Of a stretch of DNA of 53,431 nucleotides, positions 9,874-20,781 are shown piece by piece. The position numbers and the translations under genes were made by a program. The notes under the pieces were generated by a model. It was not told where the DNA came from. It did not search any database and worked only from the letters and a program-made list of their open reading frames with translations. The stretch is from the sequence record SRR31156797_3828. One strand, written 5' to 3'. Positions within the stretch are counted from its first letter, which is position 1. The number at the start of each line of letters is the position of its first letter.

Positions 9874-10163
9874 TTGGAATCTCCCTGATCTTTCTTCTTG
9901 AACATTTCAAGCATTCTGTTTGTCACAGCATATCCGCCAACAACATTAATAGTGGCAAAGGTGACGGCTAAAGTCCCCAGAAACGCGGCAAAGCCTGGGC
10001 TGTCTGTTTTCAAAGAGGCTAATGCACCGATCAGGGTGATGCCTGAGATAGCATTGGAGGCTGACATCAGGGGGGTATGCAGAGTTGAAGGGACCTTTGA
10101 GATCAGCTCAAAGCCTAGAAATATGGCCAAGACAAAAACAAATGTTAAATATACGGCTTCCAT
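9870..10163 (-). CDS. pntAB: NAD(P) transhydrogenase alpha subunit, membrane part
   Basis: LHTPLMSASNAISG and NVVGGYAVTNRML; ATG at 10163 follows a GAGGAG RBS. Confidence 0.93.
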   Translation of the reverse strand: MEAVYLTFVFVLAIFLGFELISKVPSTLHTPLMSASNAISGITLIGALASLKTDSPGFAAFLGTLAVTFATINVVGGYAVTNRMLEMFKKKDQGDSK

Positions 10164-10171
10164 TCCACTCC

Positions 10172-11308
<1,137 letters not shown>

Positions 11309-11551
11309 ACAATAACTCCTCTCTTAAACGAAGACGGTAGCGATAAAGAGTAAAAAACCACGAAACTGAACAGACCCTTTCCAACTCAAGGTCACATGAC
11401 CTTACACGCGGCTAACAAAAGCCACTCACAAAAAATGAGCATTCTTCTCTTGGGGGTAAAAGAAAATTGAAAAGAATCCTACGATGTGTAAATTATGCAT
11501 TTTGCACCTTGGGACAGCCGTAATCTTCTAAAATTAACTTGAAAAATCATT

Positions 11552-11581
11552 AATCTAGCGGTTACGCACTGCAGCTGTCAA
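11552..11581 (-). promoter_or_regulatory. Sigma70-type promoter of the pnt operon
   Basis: Minus strand TTGACA-N18-TAGATT. Confidence 0.5.
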
Positions 11582-11726
11582 GGGAAATCGTTAGCCATGC
11601 CATACCCTTCATCAGAGAGGCATCATCCAGATAGCGACACGCACTCTTTTCTGGTTATAGGTTTGTATTCCTTATTCTGAAAACAGGCAGAAGGACGACT
11701 TTCCCGAAAACCAACACAACGAGGAA

Positions 11727-13193
11727 TTAAATGTCTTTCCCTTGCCCTGAAACGGCAAACACAGTGAGCAAGCGCTCATGAATATTATCGAATCCACCAT
11801 TTGAAAGTACAGCAATCACGTCACCAGCTTCGGCGACAGCAGCCATTTGGCTAACAATGGCCTCGGTATCGGGAAAATAAGCGGCCTCCACCCCACTCGC
11901 CTTCAGGTCTTTAACCAGTGCAATGGAAGAAAACTGTTGGTCGCCTGGAATACCTTCAAGTGGAACATGTTCACGCACGACAACCTGATCGGCACCTTGA
12001 AAAGCAACAGCATAATCCTGCTGAAAAATTGATCTCCGACTTGAATTTGTACGTGGTTCAAATATAATAATCAACCTACTTGTCGGCCATGCCATGCGCA
12101 GCGCCTTAACGGTCTCCTTCACAGCAGTGGGGTGATGGGCAAAATCATCTATAATGGTTACGCCAGCAACACATCCTCGTATTTGCTGCCGCCGTTTTAC
12201 CCCTTCAAATGTGGCAAGTCCCTGTCGAACACCATCAAGGGGAAATCCTAGGTGGTGCAACAGGGCAATGACGGCCGTAGCATTGAGCACGTTATGAACC
12301 CCTGGCATCGGGAGGGTAAACTCACCGACATTTTTTTGGTCATAAGCCAAGGAAAAGGCTGTGGAAAGGCCGTGTGGAGTTACCCCTTTTACCTGCCAAC
12401 GACAGTTGTCCTGTAAGCCATAGCTAATAACTGGACATCGTGCATTTCCAACCAGCTCACGGACAACGTCATCATCGGTATGAGCAACCAACATTCCATG
12501 GAGAGGGATTCGTTCAATAAATTCTGCAAATGAGGCTTTTATGGACTCAAGGTTGGCAAAGATATCCGCGTGATCAAATTCTACAGAGGTCAGAATTGCG
12601 CATTCCGGCCTATAATGATGAAACTTTGAGATCTTGTTAAAAAAGGCTGTATCGTACTCGTCGCCCTCCACAACAAAATAGGGAGCCTGACTGATATTAA
12701 AATTGCGGCCAAAAGCTTCAACAATCCCGCCAATCATAAACCCGGGAGTACTGCCGACCCGATGGAGAGTGGTTGCTAACAACGACGAAGTTGTCGTTTT
12801 ACCATGGGTGCCGGTAACAACGAGTGATCGGTGCCCCGTTAGAAAAAATTCGGCCAGTGCCTGGGGCATGGAAAGGTAGGGAATCTCCTGCTCGGCAAGG
12901 GCAATAGCTTCAGGATTGGTCGCACGAACAACGTTGCCAACAATCACAAGATCGGGGGTATCTTCAAGGTTTTCAGCACAATACCCCTCCAGCACCTCAA
13001 TACCACATTCCGCTAAAAAATCGGACATGGGAGGGTACACATTCTGATCAGAACCAGTAATACGATAGCCCTCCTGCTTGAGCATACCAGCCATGGCAGC
13101 CATGCCTGTACCGCATATTCCTATAATGTGGATATGGTTGGGCTTACCTGGACGGCAGTTACGGGCGGGATCCAATGTTGCAGCGAAGCTCAT
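11727..13193 (-). CDS. mpl: UDP-MurNAc:L-Ala-gamma-D-Glu-meso-DAP ligase (murein peptide ligase)
   Basis: GICGTGM, VYPPMS, GTHGKTTT, EGDEYDTAFF, DDFAHHPTA, EPRTNS, SNGGF. Confidence 0.93.
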   Translation of the reverse strand: MSFAATLDPARNCRPGKPNHIHIIGICGTGMAAMAGMLKQEGYRITGSDQNVYPPMSDFLAECGIEVLEGYCAENLEDTPDLVIVGNVVRATNPEAIALAEQEIPYLSMPQALAEFFLTGHRSLVVTGTHGKTTTSSLLATTLHRVGSTPGFMIGGIVEAFGRNFNISQAPYFVVEGDEYDTAFFNKISKFHHYRPECAILTSVEFDHADIFANLESIKASFAEFIERIPLHGMLVAHTDDDVVRELVGNARCPVISYGLQDNCRWQVKGVTPHGLSTAFSLAYDQKNVGEFTLPMPGVHNVLNATAVIALLHHLGFPLDGVRQGLATFEGVKRRQQIRGCVAGVTIIDDFAHHPTAVKETVKALRMAWPTSRLIIIFEPRTNSSRRSIFQQDYAVAFQGADQVVVREHVPLEGIPGDQQFSSIALVKDLKASGVEAAYFPDTEAIVSQMAAVAEAGDVIAVLSNGGFDNIHERLLTVFAVSGQGKDI

Positions 13194-13384
13194 TCTGAAT
13201 GCACCGATCGTTTAACGGCCTTGTACACCTGGTCAAAGGTTTCTGCAAAATTACCGGGAGTCAACCTGCCCATCTCAATAAATTTTACCACTATCTCCTT
13301 GGTTCCTTTAAAAATAGCCTCATCGGTTACCGGACGATGAAATTGCTGAGAATTTTTATCTTCGTTTTTCACAGTATTCCTCAT
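13190..13384 (-). CDS. Small hypothetical protein coupled to mpl
   Basis: 64 aa; 4-nt ATGA overlap with the mpl start; KEIVVKFIEMGRLTP resembles a small deltaproteobacterial family (from memory). Confidence 0.7.
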   Translation of the reverse strand: MRNTVKNEDKNSQQFHRPVTDEAIFKGTKEIVVKFIEMGRLTPGNFAETFDQVYKAVKRSVHSE

Positions 13385-13402
13385 GGATTGAACGCTTCGA
13401 CG

Positions 13403-13460
13403 AAAAAAACCCCTGTTACTGGAAGAAGGCCAATTCTTAACCAGGTGTAACAGGGGTTTT
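13403..13460. terminator. Long imperfect hairpin, probable terminator
   Basis: AAAACCCCTGTTAC...GTAACAGGGGTTTT 14-bp outer stem with an inner AAGAA/TTCTT stem; A/T runs on both sides. Confidence 0.6.
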
Positions 13461-13578
13461 CAATCTCACACGAAAAAAACCTGTTAAGCACTTTTCGGGA
13501 GAATTACTTACAACCAACTATTATGTTAAAGAGTTACCTTGTGCCTGCCCAAAATGAAGATTTTGGGACAGCTACGAC

Positions 13579-14172
13579 CTAGTTTTCACTTAATTTTTTA
13601 TAATCAACAGCTTCCGCGAGTTGAATCAACTCTTCTCGGTCGACCTTGTCCCCCTTGACAGTTACCATAAACCGACCGGCAACAACCACATAAACATCTC
13701 CACTTCGCTTGTTATCATCAAATTTGATGATAGCACGCTGCCCTTTCAGGGTTTCAAGTTTTCCCCCGCCAGCACCTGCAAACATGGGGTTATTAATCAT
13801 CATCAAAACACTTTGCAGGACAGGTGAATCAGATACTATTTCCAGACTCAGCGAAGCATCTTTCTTAAAATAGTCCCTGCTTACCGTGACACCGCCGCCT
13901 AATACAGCAGCACCTATGGTATGGGCACTTGCCTCGCCAGCCTCCCACCCCGGAAGGGGTTCTGGGAGCAGCTGCTTCATCTTCTCACTTTTCTGTTGAC
14001 GAACAAGTTGAGAAGCATAATCCAGATTTGATGCAGCATCTGCATATTCGCCGGCCTTGTACTGGTTAACGGCCTTTTCAATTGTACTGAGTACGGTATC
14101 TTTTTCCGCAGCAAAACTTGGATGACAGACAGTCAGCACCAAGAGAAGCGCCATAAAATATTTTTTTTTCAT
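13579..14172 (-). CDS. Exported hypothetical protein
   Basis: Signal peptide MKKKYFMALLLVLTVCHPSFA from ATG 14172 with AAGGA RBS; a promoter lies between this start and the longer ORF start. Confidence 0.75.
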   Translation of the reverse strand: MKKKYFMALLLVLTVCHPSFAAEKDTVLSTIEKAVNQYKAGEYADAASNLDYASQLVRQQKSEKMKQLLPEPLPGWEAGEASAHTIGAAVLGGGVTVSRDYFKKDASLSLEIVSDSPVLQSVLMMINNPMFAGAGGGKLETLKGQRAIIKFDDNKRSGDVYVVVAGRFMVTVKGDKVDREELIQLAEAVDYKKLSEN

Positions 14173-14217
14173 TTCCTTTGCCTGTTGCACAACACGTTTT
14201 GAAGTAAATCTTTTCTG

Positions 14218-14246
14218 GTGATAACAGGCACCGTCATCGGTGTCAA
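14218..14246 (-). promoter_or_regulatory. Sigma70-type promoter
   Basis: Minus strand TTGACA-N17-TATCAC with extended TG. Confidence 0.45.
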
Positions 14247-14316
14247 GAAAAGATGGCAGCTGAAGCAACCCAACTATATCGAAGCAGTTAAGCCAATTTT
14301 ACAGTGAGTTAACAAT

Positions 14317-15630
14317 TCAACGACTCACAAGGGAAAGTAATGGTTCAAAAAAGTATCGCATACCTAACAAATAGAAAACAACCGACATAATCCCTGCTGC
14401 AGGCACGGTGAACAGCCAGGAGCCGAATATGGAAATAACTACCCGACTATTGACACCACCAAGCCCTCGAGCAAGACCAATCCCCAGGATCGCCCCAACG
14501 AGTGTATGGGTGGTAGAAACCGGTAAGGATAGCCTGGTACAAACAAGTACAGTTGCGGTTGCAGCTATATCTGCAGCAACACCGCGGGATGGAGTAATCT
14601 CAGTAATTTTGTAACCCACTGTTTTCATGACCTTATAGCCGTAGGTGGCAAGGCCAAGAACGATTCCGACCCCGCCAAGGCCAAGTATCCATATCGGTAC
14701 AGGAACCTTCATCTCAATGCTCCCTGTCTGGAGGACATGGATGATAGCGGCTAACGGCCCTACAGAGTTGGCAACATCGTTGGCTCCGTGGGCAAATGCA
14801 ACAGAACAGGAACTGATAATGACCAGAGGTACGAAAGAACGTTCAACAGCCTTCAACTGTTCCCCCAGAGGGTCGTTTTGACGGGCAACAAGCTTCTTTT
14901 TAGCAAACAGCCATGCAATAAACGACATAACAACGGCAATGGCAAAAGATATCCATAGTGAATTTTGCCCGGCCAACCATGGCATACCACCCATGACATG
15001 TTTTAATCCCTTGTAGATGGTCGCTAGTAGAACAACCATGGTCAGGACAAAAACGATGATCGGCAGATGAATGACCGCTGCCTTAACCGGCTTTTCCTTT
15101 CCTAAAATAGCCTTGCTAATATAAATAAACAGCAGATAGGATAACACACCGCCAGCAATAGGAGAAATAAACCATGAAGAAACGATCTGTCCCATTTTTA
15201 CCCAGTTAACCGCATGCCATCCTGCTGCAACAATACCGAACCCGGCCACAGCACCTACGATAGAATGGGTGGTAGAAACAGGCATGCCAAACAAGGTTGA
15301 CATATTGAGCCAAAATGCGGCTGACAAAAGTGCACCGGACATACCAATGATCAACATAACAGCGACTTCTTCCGGACCGACTCCCGGAAGCGAGGCCAGA
15401 ACACTGGGATCAACAATACCTTTACGAACGGTATCCGTTACATGTGCACCAACAAGGACAGCTCCCGCAAACTCACACAATCCGGCTGCAATAACGGCAT
15501 TACGTACGGAAAGAGCACCCGACCCCACCGCATCGGCCATGGAGTTGGCCACATCATTTGCCCCGATATTCCAGGCCATATACAGACCAAGAAGAGCAGT
15601 AAATACTATAACTATGTAATAAAAATCCAT
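14317..15630 (-). CDS. pit: Inorganic phosphate transporter, PiT family
   Basis: Duplicated signature GANDVAN ... PVSTTH. Confidence 0.95.
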   Translation of the reverse strand: MDFYYIVIVFTALLGLYMAWNIGANDVANSMADAVGSGALSVRNAVIAAGLCEFAGAVLVGAHVTDTVRKGIVDPSVLASLPGVGPEEVAVMLIIGMSGALLSAAFWLNMSTLFGMPVSTTHSIVGAVAGFGIVAAGWHAVNWVKMGQIVSSWFISPIAGGVLSYLLFIYISKAILGKEKPVKAAVIHLPIIVFVLTMVVLLATIYKGLKHVMGGMPWLAGQNSLWISFAIAVVMSFIAWLFAKKKLVARQNDPLGEQLKAVERSFVPLVIISSCSVAFAHGANDVANSVGPLAAIIHVLQTGSIEMKVPVPIWILGLGGVGIVLGLATYGYKVMKTVGYKITEITPSRGVAADIAATATVLVCTRLSLPVSTTHTLVGAILGIGLARGLGGVNSRVVISIFGSWLFTVPAAGIMSVVFYLLGMRYFFEPLLSLVSR

Positions 15631-15694
15631 AATACGCAGCCCGTATATTAATTATCAGTTTTTAATACGATAGAGGTGTCTAGTACCGGAAAGG

Positions 15695-16372
15695 TTATGG
15701 TTTTGCTATCATTACTTCAAGCAGCTCGCCTGCCTTCTGGGCCTGATCTGCAATATCTCCGAGAATTTTCACCATCTTTTCATAAAAAAGAATATTCAGC
15801 GTTGTTTCTTCACCTTCCAGGGCGAAGACTTCTCTGGAAAGACGTCTCGACAGTTTATCACATTTCCATTCTTCATTACTCAGTTCCTTGATGTGCTCTA
15901 ATACGGCCCGGGCTTCGGCACCGCCAAAAGCCGTACCAGCCAGGTTTTTAAATTCAACAGAAGCAGTAAGAAAAGTACCACTCACTTGAAATACCTGGTT
16001 GAGAAATTCAAGGAAATCTTCCTGAATAGCTGGATGGATGCGGGTATCGCGCAAGGTCAGAACAACAGTAAAATCCTCTGCCAGATCAGCCATCTGTTCT
16101 TGGCGGGAGAGAAAAGAAATAAGCTGGCTTCGATCCACAGGTAAAAACGTCCGCTGAGCAAGAAAGGCTCTCACCTCATTCTTGATCAGATCTGCTTCGT
16201 GTTCAAGACGGGACATCTTTGAATGAAGCTGCCGAATGGTGGCATAATCTTCTCCTATTAATGCCTCCATGAGAGGCCAGAGCATCTCGACGCATTCATG
16301 TACTTTCTTACTATGTTCTACTATTGGTCCGAACGGAGAGGTTCCGAACAAATCACCGATGAGACTTTTCAT
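15695..16372 (-). CDS. DUF47/TIGR00153 PhoU-like PiT accessory protein
   Basis: SPF..I.EH, LEHEADLIK, F.PVDR, IADQA; directly upstream of pit. Confidence 0.88.
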   Translation of the reverse strand: MKSLIGDLFGTSPFGPIVEHSKKVHECVEMLWPLMEALIGEDYATIRQLHSKMSRLEHEADLIKNEVRAFLAQRTFLPVDRSQLISFLSRQEQMADLAEDFTVVLTLRDTRIHPAIQEDFLEFLNQVFQVSGTFLTASVEFKNLAGTAFGGAEARAVLEHIKELSNEEWKCDKLSRRLSREVFALEGEETTLNILFYEKMVKILGDIADQAQKAGELLEVMIAKP

Positions 16373-16437
16373 ATTTTCCTCCGTAATAAGATTTGAACCG
16401 TATCGTGTAAACTGCGTAAACCTTTCAAGCGGGCTCG

Positions 16438-16466
16438 AAGCTAGCTAAGACTGACAGGAATGTCAA
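16438..16466 (-). promoter_or_regulatory. Sigma70-type promoter of DUF47-pit with overlapping palindrome
   Basis: Minus strand TTGACA-N17-TAGCTT; TGACA-GGAA-TGTCA dyad overlaps the -35 box. Confidence 0.5.
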
Positions 16467-16775
16467 CATATCTTCATCCTTTAGTGAGCATAAAGTGTTT
16501 TCCTGTGGAACCTCCTAAAAATTAAGGATATAATTAATTATTGATACTTTTTCAACGTACATTGATTGTATATTCCTAACGGCTCATAGGGTGTATAACT
16601 CCTTGATTTATCTTAACTCAAATCTGTAACTGCTCACACGTGCCCCTGGGTTGGGTAAATGCGTTTTTTTGCTACAGCTTATCTATGCGGGAAACTGTGA
16701 TCGTCCAAAGAGGTAAAAGCAGACCCGCGGGGTGCACATGAGCAGTTATGTATATTCAACCATTTCAGGCACACT

Positions 16776-18596
16776 ATGAACTTCTCCCCACTTTCTATTC
16801 CCATGCTGCTGCGGGTTTTATTTATACTTTCGATGATATTTTTCATTCCGCTGTCTGCCTCTGCTGCTGGCGCTGAGCAACAGTCTCTATCTTGGGTAAT
16901 GATGAGCGTTGGCCTGGTAGGAGGACTTTCCTTTTTTTTATACGGCATGGAAAAAATGAGCTCAGGGCTTAAACAGTCTGCCGGAGACCAGATGCGTTCA
17001 ATCCTGGCCGCCCTTACCCGAAACACTTTTATAGGGCTCATTGCCGGTGCCTTTGTGACCATGGTTATCCAATCATCCAGTGCCACCATGGTCATGGTCA
17101 TCAGTTTTGTCCAATCGCAGCTGATGACTTTTACCCAGTCCTTAGGGGTCGTATTAGGTGCAAACATAGGTACCACCATCACAGCCCAGATGGTAGCTTT
17201 TAAACTCACGGACCTTGCCTTGGTAATGGTCAGTCTCGGTTTTGGGATGCGCATGTTCGGTAAAAGTCAGAAAATCCAATCCATCGGCGATATTTTCCTG
17301 GGTTTTGGTATTCTCTTTTACGGGATGAAACTCATGGGTGATGCAATGACACCCCTGCGCAGCTCACAAGAATTTATTGATTTGATGAAGGGGCTGGAAA
17401 CACCATTACTCGGCCTTCTGGTAGGAATGATTTTCACTGCTCTTGTACAAAGCAGCAGTGCCTCCATTGGGGTAGTGATCGTCATTGCCCAGCAGGGTCT
17501 CATTTCTCTTGAAGCCGGCATCCCTCTCATCCTTGGGGCCAATATTGGTACTTGCATAACAGCTGTTCTTGCAGCCATTGGAACAAGCAGGGAGGCCAAG
17601 AGAGTTGCTCTTTCCTATGTGATCATAGAGGTGATCGGAGTATTTTTATTTCTGTTATGGTTAAACCCGTTTGCGCAGATCGTTAGATATCTGACCGATA
17701 TGGGGGGTGCAGGAGCAGCACGGCAGATAGCCAATGCGCACACGGTGTTTAATGTCACCCTGGGATTTATCTTCCTGCCGTTTCTCGGTCTTGTCGCCAG
17801 ATTATGCACCTTTGTCCTCCCCGACAAAAAAATAGTAAAAGGTGTTGTTCCTGCCACATGGCATCTTGACGATTCAGTCCTCTCCACACCTGCTCTGGCA
17901 ATTGAGCTGGTCCGCGCCGAGATCGCGAGAATGGCAAAAATCCTTTATCGAATGCATAGGGCCGCCATCTATCCTTTTATCTCCGACAAACCCCGCCACG
18001 ATGTGATTTACCCCCACCTGACACTGCTTGAAGGCATCGAAATGCGGGAACATAAAATAGATTATCTCGAAAAACAGACCCGGAACTATATCCTCGCCCT
18101 TCATCGTAATGAACTCACCACTGAACAGGCAGCGGAAACAATGTGTCTGATATCGCTGCTTGATGCCCTTGAAGGTATTGGTGACACCATCACTAAGTTG
18201 CTGGTCCCATTAATTGGTAAAAAGCAAAAGCTTAAAGAGGACTTTTCCAACGAGGGTAAACGTGAACTCATCATCTATCACCGGAAAGTCGGCCATCAAC
18301 TGCAAAGGCTGCAGGAAGCGATGACAACCATGGCCCACTCACTCGCCACGAAGGTGATTAAAAGAAAAAGCCGTTACGCAGAACTCGATGCTGAATATCG
18401 GAAGTCGCATCTGCAACGGATGTTTGCCGAACGCCAGCAAACCCTCGAAACCCATACAGTTCATGTTGAGCTGATGGATGCCATCAAGGTGATCAATATG
18501 CATACGGCAGAGATTGCCGATTTGTTATTGAATTCTGGATTGCTCGATGCACAAGACCATGATTCTCCCACGGATGGGAGTAAAGCACCAGAATAG
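16776..18596 (+). CDS. Na+/phosphate cotransporter (NptA/YjbB family) with PhoU-like C-terminus
   Basis: Repeated QSSS and GANIGT motifs; ANAHTVFN. Confidence 0.92.
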   Translation: MNFSPLSIPMLLRVLFILSMIFFIPLSASAAGAEQQSLSWVMMSVGLVGGLSFFLYGMEKMSSGLKQSAGDQMRSILAALTRNTFIGLIAGAFVTMVIQSSSATMVMVISFVQSQLMTFTQSLGVVLGANIGTTITAQMVAFKLTDLALVMVSLGFGMRMFGKSQKIQSIGDIFLGFGILFYGMKLMGDAMTPLRSSQEFIDLMKGLETPLLGLLVGMIFTALVQSSSASIGVVIVIAQQGLISLEAGIPLILGANIGTCITAVLAAIGTSREAKRVALSYVIIEVIGVFLFLLWLNPFAQIVRYLTDMGGAGAARQIANAHTVFNVTLGFIFLPFLGLVARLCTFVLPDKKIVKGVVPATWHLDDSVLSTPALAIELVRAEIARMAKILYRMHRAAIYPFISDKPRHDVIYPHLTLLEGIEMREHKIDYLEKQTRNYILALHRNELTTEQAAETMCLISLLDALEGIGDTITKLLVPLIGKKQKLKEDFSNEGKRELIIYHRKVGHQLQRLQEAMTTMAHSLATKVIKRKSRYAELDAEYRKSHLQRMFAERQQTLETHTVHVELMDAIKVINMHTAEIADLLLNSGLLDAQDHDSPTDGSKAPE

Positions 18597-18687
18597 CCAG
18601 AGAATTTCTCACACATAAGAGAATTGTTATTGGAAATTTATGGTTAAATATTATAATTTCCTTCTTGTAGCTTGCATTCAGTGCGCA

Positions 18688-18745
18688 TTATGAACTCATA
18701 AAAAAAGTCGATTTGCTCGGCAACTACGGTTTGTACGAGCCCCAA
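18688..18745. repeat. Degenerate intergenic palindromic element (family 2, copy 1)
   Basis: TTATGAACTCATAAAAAAAGTC ... GGTTTGTACGAGCCCAAA imperfect inverted arms; similar to the element at 37620. Confidence 0.4.
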
Positions 18746-18864
18746 ATCCGAAAGGGCCTGGGCATTTTTCGCATTATGCAACGCCATCTTTATTTTAGCA
18801 AAAGAGCACGAACAAAAAACGAGGAGGCTGAAAAGTATTTTTTCAGCACCAAACACCAGCCCTC

Positions 18865-19989
18865 ATGACCGATCCCATACGACAACTTCGCCACACTCTA
18901 CATAAATACCCAGAACTCTCAGGGAACGAGAGCAATACCGCTAAAAGAATTGTTCAATTTTTCAACCCCCTTAATCCAGACGCCATTTTCGAAGAACTGG
19001 GCGGTTACGGAGTGGCAGTCGTTTTTTCAGGGCAGGAACCAGGGCCGACAGTGATGCTGCGCTGTGAATTGGATGCAGTACCGGTTCAGGAGTTGTCTCA
19101 AAACGAATACTGTTCCAACATCGATGGGGCAGCTCATCAATGCGGTCACGATGGGCATATGGCTATTCTTGCCGCAGTGGGGACTGAATTAGCAGCAAAA
19201 CGAACCAAACGAGGCAGGGTAGTTCTCCTTTTCCAACCAGCTGAAGAAAATGGTATGGGTGCTGAAGCGGTGCTTCAGGACCCACGATTTGAGACAATCA
19301 AACCAGACGTTGCGTTTGCCCTGCATAACCTCCCCGGAGTACCTCTTGGCCAGATACTTATACGCCCGGGAACTTTTAACTGTGCATCACGGGGAATGAC
19401 TGTGCAGCTTTCAGGGACCACGGCCCATGCAGCACAACCAGAAACGGGTCAAAGCCCGGCAGGAGCAATGTGTGAATGCATACAGAAAATTTCCACGCTG
19501 CCCCCGGGGACAGTGCCGTCGAATGAAACTGCATTTACAACCATTGTCGGCGCCCAACTTGGCAAAAAAGCATTCGGCACTGCGCCCGGAGAAGCTGAAA
19601 TATGGGCCACATTGAGAAGCGAAACAGATACAACCATGGCAAAGCTGACCCAGTATGTTGAACAGATAGTGCATAACGCGGCAGCTAAAAATGGCCTCAC
19701 GGTTACCATTGCATACCAGGACATTTTTCCAGCAACTGTTAATGGTGCGCAGGCAGTAAAGCGGATTCAGGAAGTGGTTGATGCTGCTGCATTGACCATC
19801 CCCGAAAAACCACTCCGCTGGTCAGAAGATTTTGGCAGGATTACAGCGAGTTGTGAGGGTGCACTTTTTGCCATCGGAGCGGGTACAGCTCGCCCGGATT
19901 TACACAACCCCGATTACGATTTCCCCGATGCGTTGATTCTGCCGGCAAAGGATATTTTCCTGCGATTAGTTGCCAGCTACACCGACTGA
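18865..19989 (+). CDS. M20D amidohydrolase
   Basis: LH.YPELS, LRCELDA, HQCGHDGH, FQPAEE, SEDF, LHNPDYDF. Confidence 0.9.
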   Translation: MTDPIRQLRHTLHKYPELSGNESNTAKRIVQFFNPLNPDAIFEELGGYGVAVVFSGQEPGPTVMLRCELDAVPVQELSQNEYCSNIDGAAHQCGHDGHMAILAAVGTELAAKRTKRGRVVLLFQPAEENGMGAEAVLQDPRFETIKPDVAFALHNLPGVPLGQILIRPGTFNCASRGMTVQLSGTTAHAAQPETGQSPAGAMCECIQKISTLPPGTVPSNETAFTTIVGAQLGKKAFGTAPGEAEIWATLRSETDTTMAKLTQYVEQIVHNAAAKNGLTVTIAYQDIFPATVNGAQAVKRIQEVVDAAALTIPEKPLRWSEDFGRITASCEGALFAIGAGTARPDLHNPDYDFPDALILPAKDIFLRLVASYTD

Positions 19990-20781
19990 TCATTCATACT
20001 TGATAAAGCTATCGATCATTTTCCGGTCATACCCGTGGCAGGCGTTGATGAGCTGCCGGGTATAGGGATGTGTTGCCTGGCCATTGAGCAAATTCTTATC
20101 GGTGAGAGTTTCAACCATCTTGCCATTAACCATCACTCCCAATTGGTCACACATATGAGCCACCACAGCAAGGTCATGGCTGACCAGAATATAGGTTAGT
20201 TTATATTTTTCCCGGAGACGGGTTAACAGGTTCAGCATTTCGGCCTGTACAGAAACATCGAGGGCTGAGGTTGGCTCATCAAGCAACAGAATTTTTGGCT
20301 TCAACATAAGCGCCCTTGCTATGGCCACACGTTGCCGCTGCCCCCCTGATAACTGATGACTGTAGCGAAATCGGAAATCAAGCCCCAGACCTACGTCGAC
20401 CAGCATCTCCCGTATCTTCTTTTCTCCCTGCTCCAGGTTATGAATTGAGAGTGGCTCCCGCAGAACCCGATCAACAGTGTGCCGTGGATGCAGGGAACCG
20501 TAAGGATCCTGAAAAACCATTTGCACCTGCCTGTAAAACTCCAAATCCCGACGACCAACGTCCTTGCCGTCAATGGTGAGAGTACCCTCTTGCAGCGGAT
20601 AGAGCCCGCACATTGCCTTAAGTACTGTTGATTTGCCAGAACCTGACTCACCCACCAGTCCATACGAACTGCCTCTGGCAACCTGAAAAGATACGTCATG
20701 AACCGCATCGACCCTGGTTGAACCGTGACCGAAGCTAACACCAAGTCCTTGAACATTGATAACTACGTCTTCTTGAACCAT
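19990..20781 (-). CDS. dppF: Dipeptide/oligopeptide ABC transporter ATP-binding subunit
   Basis: GESGSGKS, LSGGQRQR, DEPTSALD. Confidence 0.85.
   Translation of the reverse strand: MVQEDVVINVQGLGVSFGHGSTRVDAVHDVSFQVARGSSYGLVGESGSGKSTVLKAMCGLYPLQEGTLTIDGKDVGRRDLEFYRQVQMVFQDPYGSLHPRHTVDRVLREPLSIHNLEQGEKKIREMLVDVGLGLDFRFRYSHQLSGGQRQRVAIARALMLKPKILLLDEPTSALDVSVQAEMLNLLTRLREKYKLTYILVSHDLAVVAHMCDQLGVMVNGKMVETLTDKNLLNGQATHPYTRQLINACHGYDRKMIDSFIKYE

Noticed and set aside
16611-16631. Pho box upstream of the Na/Pi cotransporter
   Set aside because: The TAAC half-sites are 13 nt apart, not 11.
18644-18856. 70-aa minus-strand ORF
   Set aside because: No recognisable motif; overlaps a palindromic element in an intergenic gap.
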